A DNA stretch of 64,000 nucleotides from Dehalococcoidia bacterium (GCA_965263065.1 CBDHGH010000003.1:1727153-1791152), one strand, 5' to 3'; shown: positions 42,455 to 51,857, counted from the stretch's first letter. Notes: generated from the sequence alone by a model not told the origin. A program made the numbers and translations.

Positions 42455-43471
42455 GTGACCCCGCCGACGCCCACCCCCGCGACCGCTCCGTCCGATTCCT
42501 GGCGCGACCCCGTCCTGCGGCGCGTCGCCATCATCGGCGCGGGCGCGATGGGCTGCTCCCTGGCGGCCATCACCGCGCCGCACATCGACACGGTGATCGT
42601 CGTGCGCGATCCCGCCCGCGCGGCCCGCATCCGCGACGCCGGCATCGAGCTGCACGGCGCGCTCGAGGCCACGGGCCATCCCACGGTCGTGCCCTCGATC
42701 CGCGACCTGTCCGACATCCACCCCATCGACCTCGTCTTCATCGCCACGAAGACGACGGCCATCCCCGCCGTCTGCGAGCAGATGGCCCCCGACCTGCTGT
42801 CGCTGCCCTACATCGTCTCGTACCAGAACGGCATCGAGCCGGGCCGCGAGATCGTCCGCCGGCTCGGCACGCCGCGCGTGATTCGCATGGTGCTGCACTA
42901 CGGCGCGACATTGGAGCCCCCGTCGCCGAACGCCTCCGCCGCGGGCCCCATCCGCGTGCGGGCCGGCTTCCAGGCGGCGCCGCACTTCATCGGCGGCGAG
43001 GGCGAGCGGGCGCAGGCGTTCGCACGGGCGCTCGCCCGCCGCCTCACCGGCATGCGCCTGACGACCGCCTTCGCGCCCGATATCGACGTCGAGGTCTGGC
43101 GCAAGGGCGTGCTCAACGCCGCCGCCAACCCCGTCGCCGCGCTCACGCGCATCCCCCTCGACGGCCTGATGTCCGGTCCCGCCCGCCCGCTCGTGCTGCG
43201 GCTCGTCGACGAGGCGCTGGCGGTCGCGGCGGCGGCGGCCATCGACCTGGGGCCGGACGCGCGCGCCGACGCCGTGCGCATGCTGGAGTCGGCCGGCGAT
43301 CACCTGCCCAGCATGGCCGAGGACGTGATCGCCGGTCGCTCGACGGAGATCACCCAGCTCAACCTGCAGATCGCGCAGCGGGCCGCCGAGCTCGGCCTGC
43401 CGGCCCCGACGCACCACACCATCGTCGAGCTGATCCGAGCCATCGACGATCGCCTGGTCGGGCGGGGGTAG
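42455..43471 (+). CDS. ketopantoate reductase family oxidoreductase, second copy
   Basis: VAIIGAGAMGCSLAAI Rossmann motif. C-terminal SMAEDVIAGRSTEITQLN. Confidence 0.7.
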   Translation: MTPPTPTPATAPSDSWRDPVLRRVAIIGAGAMGCSLAAITAPHIDTVIVVRDPARAARIRDAGIELHGALEATGHPTVVPSIRDLSDIHPIDLVFIATKTTAIPAVCEQMAPDLLSLPYIVSYQNGIEPGREIVRRLGTPRVIRMVLHYGATLEPPSPNASAAGPIRVRAGFQAAPHFIGGEGERAQAFARALARRLTGMRLTTAFAPDIDVEVWRKGVLNAAANPVAALTRIPLDGLMSGPARPLVLRLVDEALAVAAAAAIDLGPDARADAVRMLESAGDHLPSMAEDVIAGRSTEITQLNLQIAQRAAELGLPAPTHHTIVELIRAIDDRLVGRG

Positions 43472-43493
43472 CCCTCTCCGCTATCGTGGCCCC

Positions 43494-43877
43494 ATGACCC
43501 CCGACGACTCCTCCACAGCCGACTACGTGGCCCAGGCCCGGGAGTTCCTGGCCCAGTCCCGGGAGCATGTCGCCGCGGACCACCTGCACCAGGCGTCCGA
43601 GAAGGGCTGGGGGGCAGCCGCGCACATGGCCAAGGCCGTCGCCGCAGCCCAAGGCTGGGAATACGACACCCACGCCGACTTCAGCGTCGTGCTGAACCGC
43701 GGTCTGGAGGTGACCGGCGACGACCGCCTGCGAGGGTTGCGAGCCACCGCCAACGACCTGCACAGCAACTACTACCGGCGCAAGCGGCACCTGAACGCCG
43801 GGGTGATCGGCAGGGACATCGAGAGCGTGGCGGAACTGCTGGGGATCCTCGCTCCGCTGACCGCGCCGTCCCGCTGA
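43494..43877 (+). CDS. PaREP1-like protein, paralog 3
   Basis: HQASEKGWGAAAHMAKAVAAAQGWEYDTHADF...ANDLHSNYY. Confidence 0.6.
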   Translation: MTPDDSSTADYVAQAREFLAQSREHVAADHLHQASEKGWGAAAHMAKAVAAAQGWEYDTHADFSVVLNRGLEVTGDDRLRGLRATANDLHSNYYRRKRHLNAGVIGRDIESVAELLGILAPLTAPSR

Positions 43878-43913
43878 GGCGCCCGAAGCAAGCGCCAGAG
43901 TCGCGACCAAGTG

Positions 43914-44348
43914 CTACTCCGGCTGCTGCGACATCCGCTCGAACACGTCCGCGAGCATCCGTTCCGGCACGAGGGCGATCCCAAGCGAACGCGAAATCAG
44001 CAGCCCGAGTCCGAACGTCTCCAAGAACTTCATGCCCGCCAATATCGATGTCTCCCTCGGCGGCATCAACACAAGGCCCGCCTGTGTGACGTCCATGAAG
44101 GTGACGTACGCAATACCGCCGGGCAGTACCACGTTCGATCCATCGGCGAGCGTTACAGGCACCCCCGTCAACGGCACGATGCGCAGGTATGATGCCAGTT
44201 CTTGGGGAACCTGTAGGAATTCCGTGAATCCGGTATCAATGATCGCATCGATGGTGCCGCCTTGAGCGACTCCATCCGCGCTCAGATGGAGCGTCAGGCA
44301 CGCGTTCCCCTGTTCGTCGTAGTGTCCCCGTCCGATCGTCTCACTCAA
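43914..44348 (-). CDS. retropepsin-like (clan AA) aspartic protease
   Basis: 144 aa. AIIDTGFTEFLQVP DTG motif. Lower-GC islet. Confidence 0.65.
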   Translation of the reverse strand: MSETIGRGHYDEQGNACLTLHLSADGVAQGGTIDAIIDTGFTEFLQVPQELASYLRIVPLTGVPVTLADGSNVVLPGGIAYVTFMDVTQAGLVLMPPRETSILAGMKFLETFGLGLLISRSLGIALVPERMLADVFERMSQQPE

Positions 44349-44616
44349 CGTAGCTCATCCGGCAGACGCTGGAGAAGCCGATCCGGATCAAGTAGAACAC
44401 ACCCTCGGGGGCGCGATCCTTCGCCAGTTGCAACGCATCCGCTGGGGACACCCCCACGCAGGCCGATCCATCCCGAATGTCAATGACCACGAACTGCTTG
44501 GGATAGGTTCGCTCGTACTCCTCCCGATACCGTTCGTTGTAGATCGCCTCTGCGGTATCGGAAATGGAACGCAGATCCGCCTCTGCGTGCGCTGATGGGG
44601 AATGTGCCTGCGTCAT
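44341..44616 (-). CDS. DUF5678-like small protein
   Basis: 91 aa from ATG 44616. AEAIYNERYREEYERTYPKQFVVIDIRDGSACVGVSPADALQLAK...FYLIRIG. 8-nt overlap with the protease gene. Confidence 0.5.
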   Translation of the reverse strand: MTQAHSPSAHAEADLRSISDTAEAIYNERYREEYERTYPKQFVVIDIRDGSACVGVSPADALQLAKDRAPEGVFYLIRIGFSSVCRMSYVE

Positions 44617-44687
44617 GATCGCCCCTCTGCTGCGGTCTCCGTGGCCAGTATACGCCTTCACTTGCCGTCCAGCCGACGACCGGCCCC

Positions 44688-45785
44688 CTACGCCTCCGAC
44701 GGCAGCACGCGGATCGATGCCGGATCGAGGCGCACGCGCACGACGTCCCCGACGCGCCAGCCGCCGACCCCCGACGGTGGATCGACGCCAAACGTCAGCT
44801 CCGAGCCCCCGCTGCGGACGTGCAGCCGGACGCGGCGGCCCTGGAAGCTCCGCCCCATGATCTCGCCGACCAGCATGGGCTCGCCGTCCGGCTCCTGCGC
44901 CGTGTCCGCGGGTTCGACGCGCGCGCGCTCGTCGCCGAGCAGCAGCGCGACCGGCCCCGGCGTCGCGCCCGCGTCCGGGATGATGAACTCGCCCACCGGC
45001 GTCCGCACCCGCGACGTCCCCGCCTCGTCCGGCGTCAGCTCCCCCGCCACGAGGTTCGTGCGGCCGAGGAAGCGTGCTACCCAGGCGTCGACGGGGTCGC
45101 CGTAGATCTCCTCGGGCCGGCCCGACTGCCGCGCCAGCCCCCCCTGCATGACCAGTACCCGGTCGGCCAGCGCGAAGGCCTCCTCTTGGTCGTGCGTGAC
45201 GTAGATCCCCGTCAGCCCCTGCGACCGCAGGATCACCGCCAGCTCCGACAGCAGCTCCTCGCGCAGCGCCCGGTCGAGCGCCCCGACCGGCTCGTCGAGC
45301 ATCAGCAGCCGCGGTCGCGGCGCGAGCGACCGCGCCAGCGCGACCCGCTGCCGCTCCCCGCCCGACAGCTCGTGCACCTTGCGGCCGCCGTAGCCCGACA
45401 GCCCCACCAGCGCCAGCATCTCGGCGACCCGGGCCGCGCGCGCCGACCCGCTCAGCCCCTGCATGCGCAGCCCGAACGCCACGTTCGACTCGACGTCGAG
45501 GTGGGGGAACAGCGCCAGCTCCTGGAACATCAGCCCGATTCCGCGGCGGTGCGCCGGGGTCCCGTCGAGGCGCGCGCCGTCGAGCCACACCTCGCCCGAC
45601 TCCGCCCGCTCCAGCCCGCCGATCACGCGCAGCAGCGACGTCTTGCCGCAGCCGCTGGGCCCGATCACGGCGAAGATCTCCCCCTCCGCCACCTCCAGCG
45701 ACACCCCGCCCAGCGCGAGCGTCGCCCCGTAGTGCAGGCGCACGTCGCGCACCGACAGCAGCGGCCCCGCGCCGGTTCCGGCCAT
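44688..45785 (-). CDS. ABC transporter ATP-binding protein (thiamine/Fe3+-type importer)
   Basis: GPSGCGKTS Walker A, LSGGERQRVALARS signature, LLMLDEP Walker B. ATGA overlap with the permease stop. Confidence 0.85.
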   Translation of the reverse strand: MAGTGAGPLLSVRDVRLHYGATLALGGVSLEVAEGEIFAVIGPSGCGKTSLLRVIGGLERAESGEVWLDGARLDGTPAHRRGIGLMFQELALFPHLDVESNVAFGLRMQGLSGSARAARVAEMLALVGLSGYGGRKVHELSGGERQRVALARSLAPRPRLLMLDEPVGALDRALREELLSELAVILRSQGLTGIYVTHDQEEAFALADRVLVMQGGLARQSGRPEEIYGDPVDAWVARFLGRTNLVAGELTPDEAGTSRVRTPVGEFIIPDAGATPGPVALLLGDERARVEPADTAQEPDGEPMLVGEIMGRSFQGRRVRLHVRSGGSELTFGVDPPSGVGGWRVGDVVRVRLDPASIRVLPSEA

Positions 45786-47443
45786 CAGAACTCCCCCACG
45801 TCGCGATAGCGCAGCCGCTCGATCAGCAGGAAGCCCACCCCGCTCACCAGCATCAGCACCACGCTCATCGCCAGCGCCGCCCCCAGCCGCTCCGCGCCGG
45901 GCAGCCCCAGGTAGCGGAAGATCGCGACGTTCATCGTGGCGTACTCCGGCCGCGACAGCAGCAGCGCCGCGCCGAAGTCGCCGATCGAGATCGCGAAGGC
46001 GAAGGTCGCGCCCACCAGCGTCGCCCGCGAGACGATGGGCAGGTCGATGCGCCGGAAGGTCTGCCGCGGCGACGCCCCCAGCATCGCCGACGCCTCGCGC
46101 AGGCGTTCGTCGATGCCGCGCACGACCGCCAGCACGCTGCGCATCACGAACGGATACGCGATCAGGGTGTGCGCCACCACGATGATCAGCCACGACGCGC
46201 GCAGGTCCAGCACGCCGGTGTCGAACGCGATCAGGATGCCGAACGCCAGCGTGATCACCGACACGCCCAGCGGCAGCATCGCCAGGGCGTCGGCGACCGA
46301 CCGCCAGCGCCCCCGCGCCCGCGCGACGGCGAAGGCCAGCGCCGTCCCCAGCGGCACCGCGATCGCCACCGTCGTCGCCGCGAACCACAGCGAGTTCGTC
46401 AGCGCCTCCGACAGCGAGACGAAGAAGAACTCCCCGCGCGTGTTCGTCTCCAGCGCCCGGTAGAACCCGAGGCCGTAGCCCTCGGCCCCCCGCAGCGAGC
46501 GCTCGACCAGGGCCAGCAGCGGCGTCCCCAGCCACAGGAACACGACCGCGAAGTTCGCCCCGATCAGCAGCCGCTCGCGCCCGCCGCGGATGCGTCGCGC
46601 CGCCGACGACTGCGGCTGCAGGTTGAGCGGGACCGCGCTGCGGGCCTGCAGGCGCGCGTAGGTCCACATCACCGCCAGCGTGAACACGATCTGCACGACC
46701 GCCAGCGCCGCCGCCAGCGGCAGCCGGAAGAGCCGCGCCGTCAGCGTGTAGATCGTCGCGTCCAGGGTCGCGAACTGCGGCCCGCCCAGGATCAGCACGA
46801 CCCCGAAGCTGGTGAACGAGAACATGAATACCAGCAGCGCCGACGACAGGATCGCCGGCGCGATCTGCGGCAGCGTCACCCGGCGGAACACCGCCAGCGG
46901 CCCCGCCCCCAGCATCCGCGCCGCCTCCTCGCTGCGCGGGTCGACGTTCGCCCACAGCGCCGACACCGTCCGCACCACGATCGTGTAGTTGTAGAAGGCG
47001 TGCGCCAGCAGGATCACGGTGATCGTGTTGAGCACCCGGATCGGCGGCTCGTCGAGCCCGAAGATCGCCTGCAAGCCCGCGTTCAGCGTCCCCGACGGCC
47101 CCAGCAGCGCCGTGAACGCGATCGCCACCACGACCACCGGCAGCACGAAGGGGATCGTCGTCAGCGCCCGGATCGTCGACTTGCCGCGGAACTCGTAGCG
47201 CGCGAGGACGTAGGCGCTGGGCAGCCCGAGGGCCAGCGTCAGCGCCGTCGAGGCGAACGCCTGCCAGGTCGTGAACCACAGCCGGCCGAGGAAGAAGTCG
47301 TCGGTCAGCACCGTCTCGAACGGCGACAGACTGAACGCGCCCTCCGGCGCCAGGCTCACGCGCAGGATCTCGACCAGCGGATAGACGAAGAACAGCGCCA
47401 GGAAGCCCAGCGCCGGGATCAGGACCAGCCGGCTCGCCCGCAC
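45785..47443 (-). CDS. ABC transporter permease (two fused permease domains)
   Basis: 552 aa with about 12 hydrophobic segments. Duplicated EAA-like loops (EEAARMLGAGP, REASAMLGASP). Confidence 0.85.
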   Translation of the reverse strand: MRASRLVLIPALGFLALFFVYPLVEILRVSLAPEGAFSLSPFETVLTDDFFLGRLWFTTWQAFASTALTLALGLPSAYVLARYEFRGKSTIRALTTIPFVLPVVVVAIAFTALLGPSGTLNAGLQAIFGLDEPPIRVLNTITVILLAHAFYNYTIVVRTVSALWANVDPRSEEAARMLGAGPLAVFRRVTLPQIAPAILSSALLVFMFSFTSFGVVLILGGPQFATLDATIYTLTARLFRLPLAAALAVVQIVFTLAVMWTYARLQARSAVPLNLQPQSSAARRIRGGRERLLIGANFAVVFLWLGTPLLALVERSLRGAEGYGLGFYRALETNTRGEFFFVSLSEALTNSLWFAATTVAIAVPLGTALAFAVARARGRWRSVADALAMLPLGVSVITLAFGILIAFDTGVLDLRASWLIIVVAHTLIAYPFVMRSVLAVVRGIDERLREASAMLGASPRQTFRRIDLPIVSRATLVGATFAFAISIGDFGAALLLSRPEYATMNVAIFRYLGLPGAERLGAALAMSVVLMLVSGVGFLLIERLRYRDVGEF

Positions 47444-47482
47444 CGGGACGCCGCCGATGCCCCGGCCCGCGCGGCCCCGTCC

Positions 47483-48586
47483 CTATCGCACCACCGTGTC
47501 CGTCCACTCGTCCAGCCAGCGCTCGAAGTGGGCCGCGACGGCGTCCGGGTCGATGCGGGCCGGCTCGTCCGGGATCTCCGAGTAGCGCTCGAACTCCTCC
47601 GGGATGGCGACGCCGGAGCGGGCGGGGTAGACGAACATGTTGAGCGGGATGTCGGCCTGGAACTGCTCGCTCAGCATGAAGTCGATGAAGGCCTCGGCCA
47701 GCGGCTGCTTGTCGGTCCCGCGCAGGATGCCCACGCCCTCGATCTGGAAGTAGCTCGAGCGGGGCGCGAGCACCGATCCCGTCGGTGCGTCGTCGAGCGG
47801 CTCCTCCGAGAACATCACCTCGGCCGGCGGCGAGGTCGAGTAGCTGTTCACGAGCAGGGCGTTGCCGCCGTAGCGCGAGAACTGCGTGTAGTACGCGTCC
47901 GACCAGCCGGCGCTGACGATGACGTCGTTGGCCCGCATGTCGCGCCAGAAGTCGAGCCAGGTGTAGTCGCCGTCCTCGCCGAAGTGCGCGACCGTGACCA
48001 GCATGAACTGCAAGCCCGGCGACGACGTGTTGGGGTCCTGAATCGCGACCCGGCCGCGCCATTGCGGCTCGGTCAGCTCGCGCAGCGACCGCGGCGGCTC
48101 CAGCCCCGCCTCCGCCAGCGACGCCTTGTCGTAGTTCAGCAACACGTACCCGAAGTCGATCGGCGTGAGCCGGCCGCTGTCGTCGAAGATCAGCGACGCG
48201 TCGACGTTGGCGAGCTGCGGCGATCGGTACTCGACGAAGATGTCCTCCTCAAGCGCGCGCGCGTAGAAGACGTTGTCGACCCCGAACAGCAGGTCGCCCT
48301 CGGGGTTGCCCTTGTTCAGGATCGCCCGGTTCAGCGCCTCCACCGCGTCGCCGATCGGCACGACCTTGACGGTCACGCCGTACCGCGCCTCGAAGGCCGC
48401 GATCGTCTCCTCCGAGATCGCGAAGCTGTCGTGCGTCAGCAGCACCAGCTCCTCGCCGGCGAAGTCGGCGGCCGTGCGATCGTCCTGCGGCTCGTCGGCG
48501 CAGGCTGCCCCCACCGCTGCCGCGATCACCAGCGCCAGCAGCGCGATCAGCGTCCCCGTCCAACGCAACGTCCAAGTCCGGGGCAT
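47483..48586 (-). CDS. thiamine-type ABC substrate-binding protein
   Basis: From ATG 48586 with a GAAGGAGGG RBS. Signal/lipobox-like LIALLALVIAAAVGAAC. TPP riboswitch upstream. Confidence 0.75.
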   Translation of the reverse strand: MPRTWTLRWTGTLIALLALVIAAAVGAACADEPQDDRTAADFAGEELVLLTHDSFAISEETIAAFEARYGVTVKVVPIGDAVEALNRAILNKGNPEGDLLFGVDNVFYARALEEDIFVEYRSPQLANVDASLIFDDSGRLTPIDFGYVLLNYDKASLAEAGLEPPRSLRELTEPQWRGRVAIQDPNTSSPGLQFMLVTVAHFGEDGDYTWLDFWRDMRANDVIVSAGWSDAYYTQFSRYGGNALLVNSYSTSPPAEVMFSEEPLDDAPTGSVLAPRSSYFQIEGVGILRGTDKQPLAEAFIDFMLSEQFQADIPLNMFVYPARSGVAIPEEFERYSEIPDEPARIDPDAVAAHFERWLDEWTDTVVR

Positions 48587-48768
48587 GGCCCCCTCCTTCG
48601 GCTTCCGGCGCGTCCCCGCGACCGGAGCTATGGGGTGCGTGATCGAGCGCGCGCGATCAGCGCTCCCCGCCGGCCTGAACGGGACGACGGCCGCCGCATC
48701 GCATGCGGAGGGGCCCGTGTCGCCACGCGTGCCGAGAAGCGTGCCGAGTAGCAAGGAGGGCAGCGAGA

Positions 48769-48874
48769 AGTGCCATGGCTCCCTACGCCGGTACGAACCG
48801 GTTCAGGTACAGCGGGTATGCTCTCAGGTCCTCGGCGCATCCTCGGCGCGAAGGCCCACCCCGGCTTGTCACTG
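48769..48874 (-). promoter_or_regulatory. TPP (THI-box) riboswitch
   Basis: The minus strand reads ...GGGGTGG..CTGAGAGCATACCCGCTGTACCTGAACCGGTTCGTACCGGCGTAGGGA..., matching the conserved CUGAGA / ACCUGA / CGUAGGGA elements. Confidence 0.75.
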
Positions 48875-48977
48875 CCGCGCAGTATACCCCAGCCCCGTCG
48901 CCAATGGCGGCAGCCGACCGGCTCGTCTACGATCGGCCGCGAAAACCCACCCCATATTCCGTTCCCAGGAGGCCGCC

Positions 48978-49745
48978 ATGGTCGTCGCAGATTTCTCGTT
49001 GCAGGGCAAAGTCGCCATCGTCACCGGCGGCAGCCGCGGCATTGGCCGCTCGATCGCGCTGGGCTTGGCCGAGGCCGGCGCCGACGTCGCCATCGCCGCC
49101 CGCAAGCCGGGCCCCCTCCAGGAGGCCGTCGAGGCCGTGCAGGCCCTCGGCCGCCGCGCCATCGGCGTCGAGACCAACGTGCGCCGCATGGAGCACCTGC
49201 AGAACCTGGTCGAGCGCACCAAGGCGGAGTTGGGCCGCATCGACGTGCTCGTCAACAACGCCGGTACCAACCCCCACTTCGGCCCCGTCCACACCATCGA
49301 GGAGGGGCAGTGGGACGTGGTCATGAACACCAACCTCAAGGCCCCCTTCTTCCTCAGCGTCCTCTGTCGCGAGGCCATGCTGGAGCACGGCGACGGCGGC
49401 ACGATCGTCAACGTCAGCTCCGTCGGTGGCATGCGCGCCTCCGACGTCATCGCCTCCTACTCCATCTCCAAGGCCGCGATGAACATGATGACCCAGACCT
49501 GCGCCAAGAGTTGGGGCGTCGACGGCATCCGCGTCAACGGCATCGCCCCCGGCCTGATCAAGACCGAGTTCTCGCGCGCGCTCTGGGAGAACGAGGAGAT
49601 CCTCGCCGCCTCCACGCAGGGCGCCGCCCTGCACCGCATCGCCGACCCCGACGAGATGGCCGGCGCCGCCGTCTACCTCGCCTCCCCCGCCTCCTCCTTC
49701 ACCACCGGCCAGACCCTCATCCTCGACGGCGGCGTCGTCCTCTGA
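48978..49745 (+). CDS. SDR-family oxidoreductase
   Basis: AGGAGG RBS. VTGGSRGIGRSIA, NNAG and YSISK motifs. Confidence 0.8.
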   Translation: MVVADFSLQGKVAIVTGGSRGIGRSIALGLAEAGADVAIAARKPGPLQEAVEAVQALGRRAIGVETNVRRMEHLQNLVERTKAELGRIDVLVNNAGTNPHFGPVHTIEEGQWDVVMNTNLKAPFFLSVLCREAMLEHGDGGTIVNVSSVGGMRASDVIASYSISKAAMNMMTQTCAKSWGVDGIRVNGIAPGLIKTEFSRALWENEEILAASTQGAALHRIADPDEMAGAAVYLASPASSFTTGQTLILDGGVVL

Positions 49746-49861
49746 CGCCCGGCCGCCGAGGGCCGGGCCGAGGCTGACCGCCGTCGGGGGATGGTCGGCC
49801 CCGATTGCCCGCGTTACGATAGCGCTGCACCCGCCCGCGGACGGGGAGAAAGGGGGCTCCG

Positions 49862-50140
49862 ATGTTCAACCTCTTCGCCGTGGTGCATGATCAGAGCCGC
49901 TCAGACGCCACCAACGAGCGGATCGCACACCGCTACGGCGACGATCAGTTCGTGGTCTCGCCGACGGTCCTGCTGATTCGGAGCAGTGCCTCGGATCCGG
50001 ACATTCTGCGCACGGACATCGGCATCGGCCAAGGGCCGGCGGAGAGCGTCGGCGTCGTGTTCAAGCTCAACGCGTCGCACGCGGGCTACTTCAACACGCA
50101 ACTCTGGGAATGGCTCAAAGACACTCGGCAGCGGGTATGA
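49862..50140 (+). CDS. hypothetical small protein
   Basis: 92 aa in a lower-GC islet. ...VGVVFKLNASHAGYFNTQLWEWLKD. Confidence 0.45.
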   Translation: MFNLFAVVHDQSRSDATNERIAHRYGDDQFVVSPTVLLIRSSASDPDILRTDIGIGQGPAESVGVVFKLNASHAGYFNTQLWEWLKDTRQRV

Positions 50141-50391
50141 ATCGGGAACGGAACGGCGGTTCGCCCCTCATCCTCGAACGCTACCACGAGGAGAGCAGTG
50201 CGGCGGAACGCCGATTCTCGGAACTCGCGCAGCGCGTCGCTCTCATCGAGGGACGGCTCGAACAGGCCGCGACCAAGGAAGATGTCGCGAACGCGAAGAG
50301 TTGGATGCAGAATCTCATCCTGACCGCCCTGCTGGCGGCCGCGGCGATCCTCGGCGGGCTCCTCGCCCGGCTGATCCCGATCGCGTATTAG
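50137..50391 (+). CDS. small tail-anchored coiled-coil membrane protein
   Basis: ATGA overlap with the upstream gene. AERRFSELAQRVALIEGRLEQAATKEDV followed by the TM LILTALLAAAAILGGLLARLI. Resembles the genes at 19371 and 19688. Confidence 0.5.
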   Translation: MNRERNGGSPLILERYHEESSAAERRFSELAQRVALIEGRLEQAATKEDVANAKSWMQNLILTALLAAAAILGGLLARLIPIAY

Positions 50392-50433
50392 GCCACCGGG
50401 TCCGCGGACCGATTCCGGGTAGGAGGAACTCCC

Positions 50434-50571
50434 GTGCCACGCTCACACATCACGATCACCGACGGCCACGTCACCGTGTCGATGCCCGTCGGCGAGTTGC
50501 ATTTCTCCGACAACGCGCCGCCACCCGTCAAGCACAAGCCCGACGCCAAGCCGCCGAAGAAGTCTTCCTAG
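50434..50571 (+). CDS. 45-aa microprotein
   Basis: GTG start 4 nt after a TAGGAGGAA RBS. VPRSHITITDGHVTVSMPVGELHFSDNAPPPVKHKPDAKPPKKSS. Confidence 0.35.
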   Translation: MPRSHITITDGHVTVSMPVGELHFSDNAPPPVKHKPDAKPPKKSS

Positions 50572-50603
50572 CCCGCCGAGCCCGCGCGCCGCGACCACAC
50601 GCC

Positions 50604-51779
50604 CTACACGACGCCCGACTCCCGCAGCGCCGCGATCCCCGCCGCCGTGTAGCCCAACTCCTCCAGGATCGCGTCGCTGTCCGACCCCGGGTCCGGCGCG
50701 GCGCTGCGCACCGACCCCGGCGTCCGCGACAGCTGCACCGGCAGCCCCAGCACCTCCAGCGCCCCCAGCGCCGGATGCTCCACCGGCGCCGTGATCGGCA
50801 GCGACCGCACCTGCGGGTCCGCGAACACCCCCGGCACGTCCAGGATCGGCCCCGACGGCACGCCCGCCGCGTTGAGCGCCTCGATCAGCGCCTGGCACTC
50901 GAACGTCGCCGTGCGCCGATCGATCTCTTCGTGCAGCGCCGCCCGCTGCGCCGATCGCCCCGCCGGCTCGGCGAAGCGTGGGTCGTCCGCCAGATCCTCG
51001 GCCCCGATCGTCGTGCACAGGCCGCGCCACTGGGCCGGCGTCGTCGCCGCGATGTTGATCTGCCCGTCGGCGCACTGGAACACCCCCGTCGGCATCGTCG
51101 TGGGGTGATCGTTGCCGGCCTGCGGCGGGACCTCGCCGCCGATCAGCCAGCGCGTCGCCTGGAAGTCGAGCATGTTGACCATCGCCTGCAGCAGCGACGT
51201 CGTCACCCACTGCCCCTCGCCCGACCGCTCCCGCTCGATCAGCGCCACCAGGATGCCCTGCGCCAGGAATATCCCCGCCGTCAGGTCGGCGACCGGGATG
51301 CCCACCCGCATCGGCCCGCCGCCCGGCGCGCCCGTGATCGACATCAGCCCGCCCATGCCCTGCGCCACCTGGTCGTAGCCGGGCCGGTCCCGATACGGCC
51401 CCTCCTGCCCGAAGCCCGAGATGCTCCCGTAGATCAGGCGCGGGTTCTCGGCCCGCAGCGTCTCGTAGTCGATGCCGAGCCGCGCCGTCACCCCCGGCCG
51501 GAAGTTCTCGACCAGCACGTCGGCCCCGCGCGCCAGCCGCAGCAGCACGTCGCGGCCCCGCGCGTCGCGCAGGTTCAGCCGCAGCGAGCGCTTGTTGCGC
51601 TGCACGTTCTGATAGTCGAAGCCGTGCACGCCGAACGCCGACGCCCCACCGCGGCCCTCGCCCGGCGCGACCACCTGGACCACCTGCGCGCCCATGTCGG
51701 ACAGCTGGCGCACGGCCGTCGGGCCCGAGCGGAAGCGGGTCAGGTCGACGACGCGGATCGATGCCAGCGGCAGTCCCAT
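50604..51779 (-). CDS. CaiB/BaiF family (class III) CoA-transferase
   Basis: 391 aa from ATG 51779. IRVVDLTRFRSGP...ADVLVENFRPG...GYDQVAQGMGGLMSITG. Confidence 0.8.
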   Translation of the reverse strand: MGLPLASIRVVDLTRFRSGPTAVRQLSDMGAQVVQVVAPGEGRGGASAFGVHGFDYQNVQRNKRSLRLNLRDARGRDVLLRLARGADVLVENFRPGVTARLGIDYETLRAENPRLIYGSISGFGQEGPYRDRPGYDQVAQGMGGLMSITGAPGGGPMRVGIPVADLTAGIFLAQGILVALIERERSGEGQWVTTSLLQAMVNMLDFQATRWLIGGEVPPQAGNDHPTTMPTGVFQCADGQINIAATTPAQWRGLCTTIGAEDLADDPRFAEPAGRSAQRAALHEEIDRRTATFECQALIEALNAAGVPSGPILDVPGVFADPQVRSLPITAPVEHPALGALEVLGLPVQLSRTPGSVRSAAPDPGSDSDAILEELGYTAAGIAALRESGVV

Positions 51780-51857
51780 GCGATGCTCCCGCGGGCAGCG
51801 TAGACGGCGCCCCCGCCCGCCGACCAACGCGACCCCCGGAGGCGGTACGCTGAGGCC

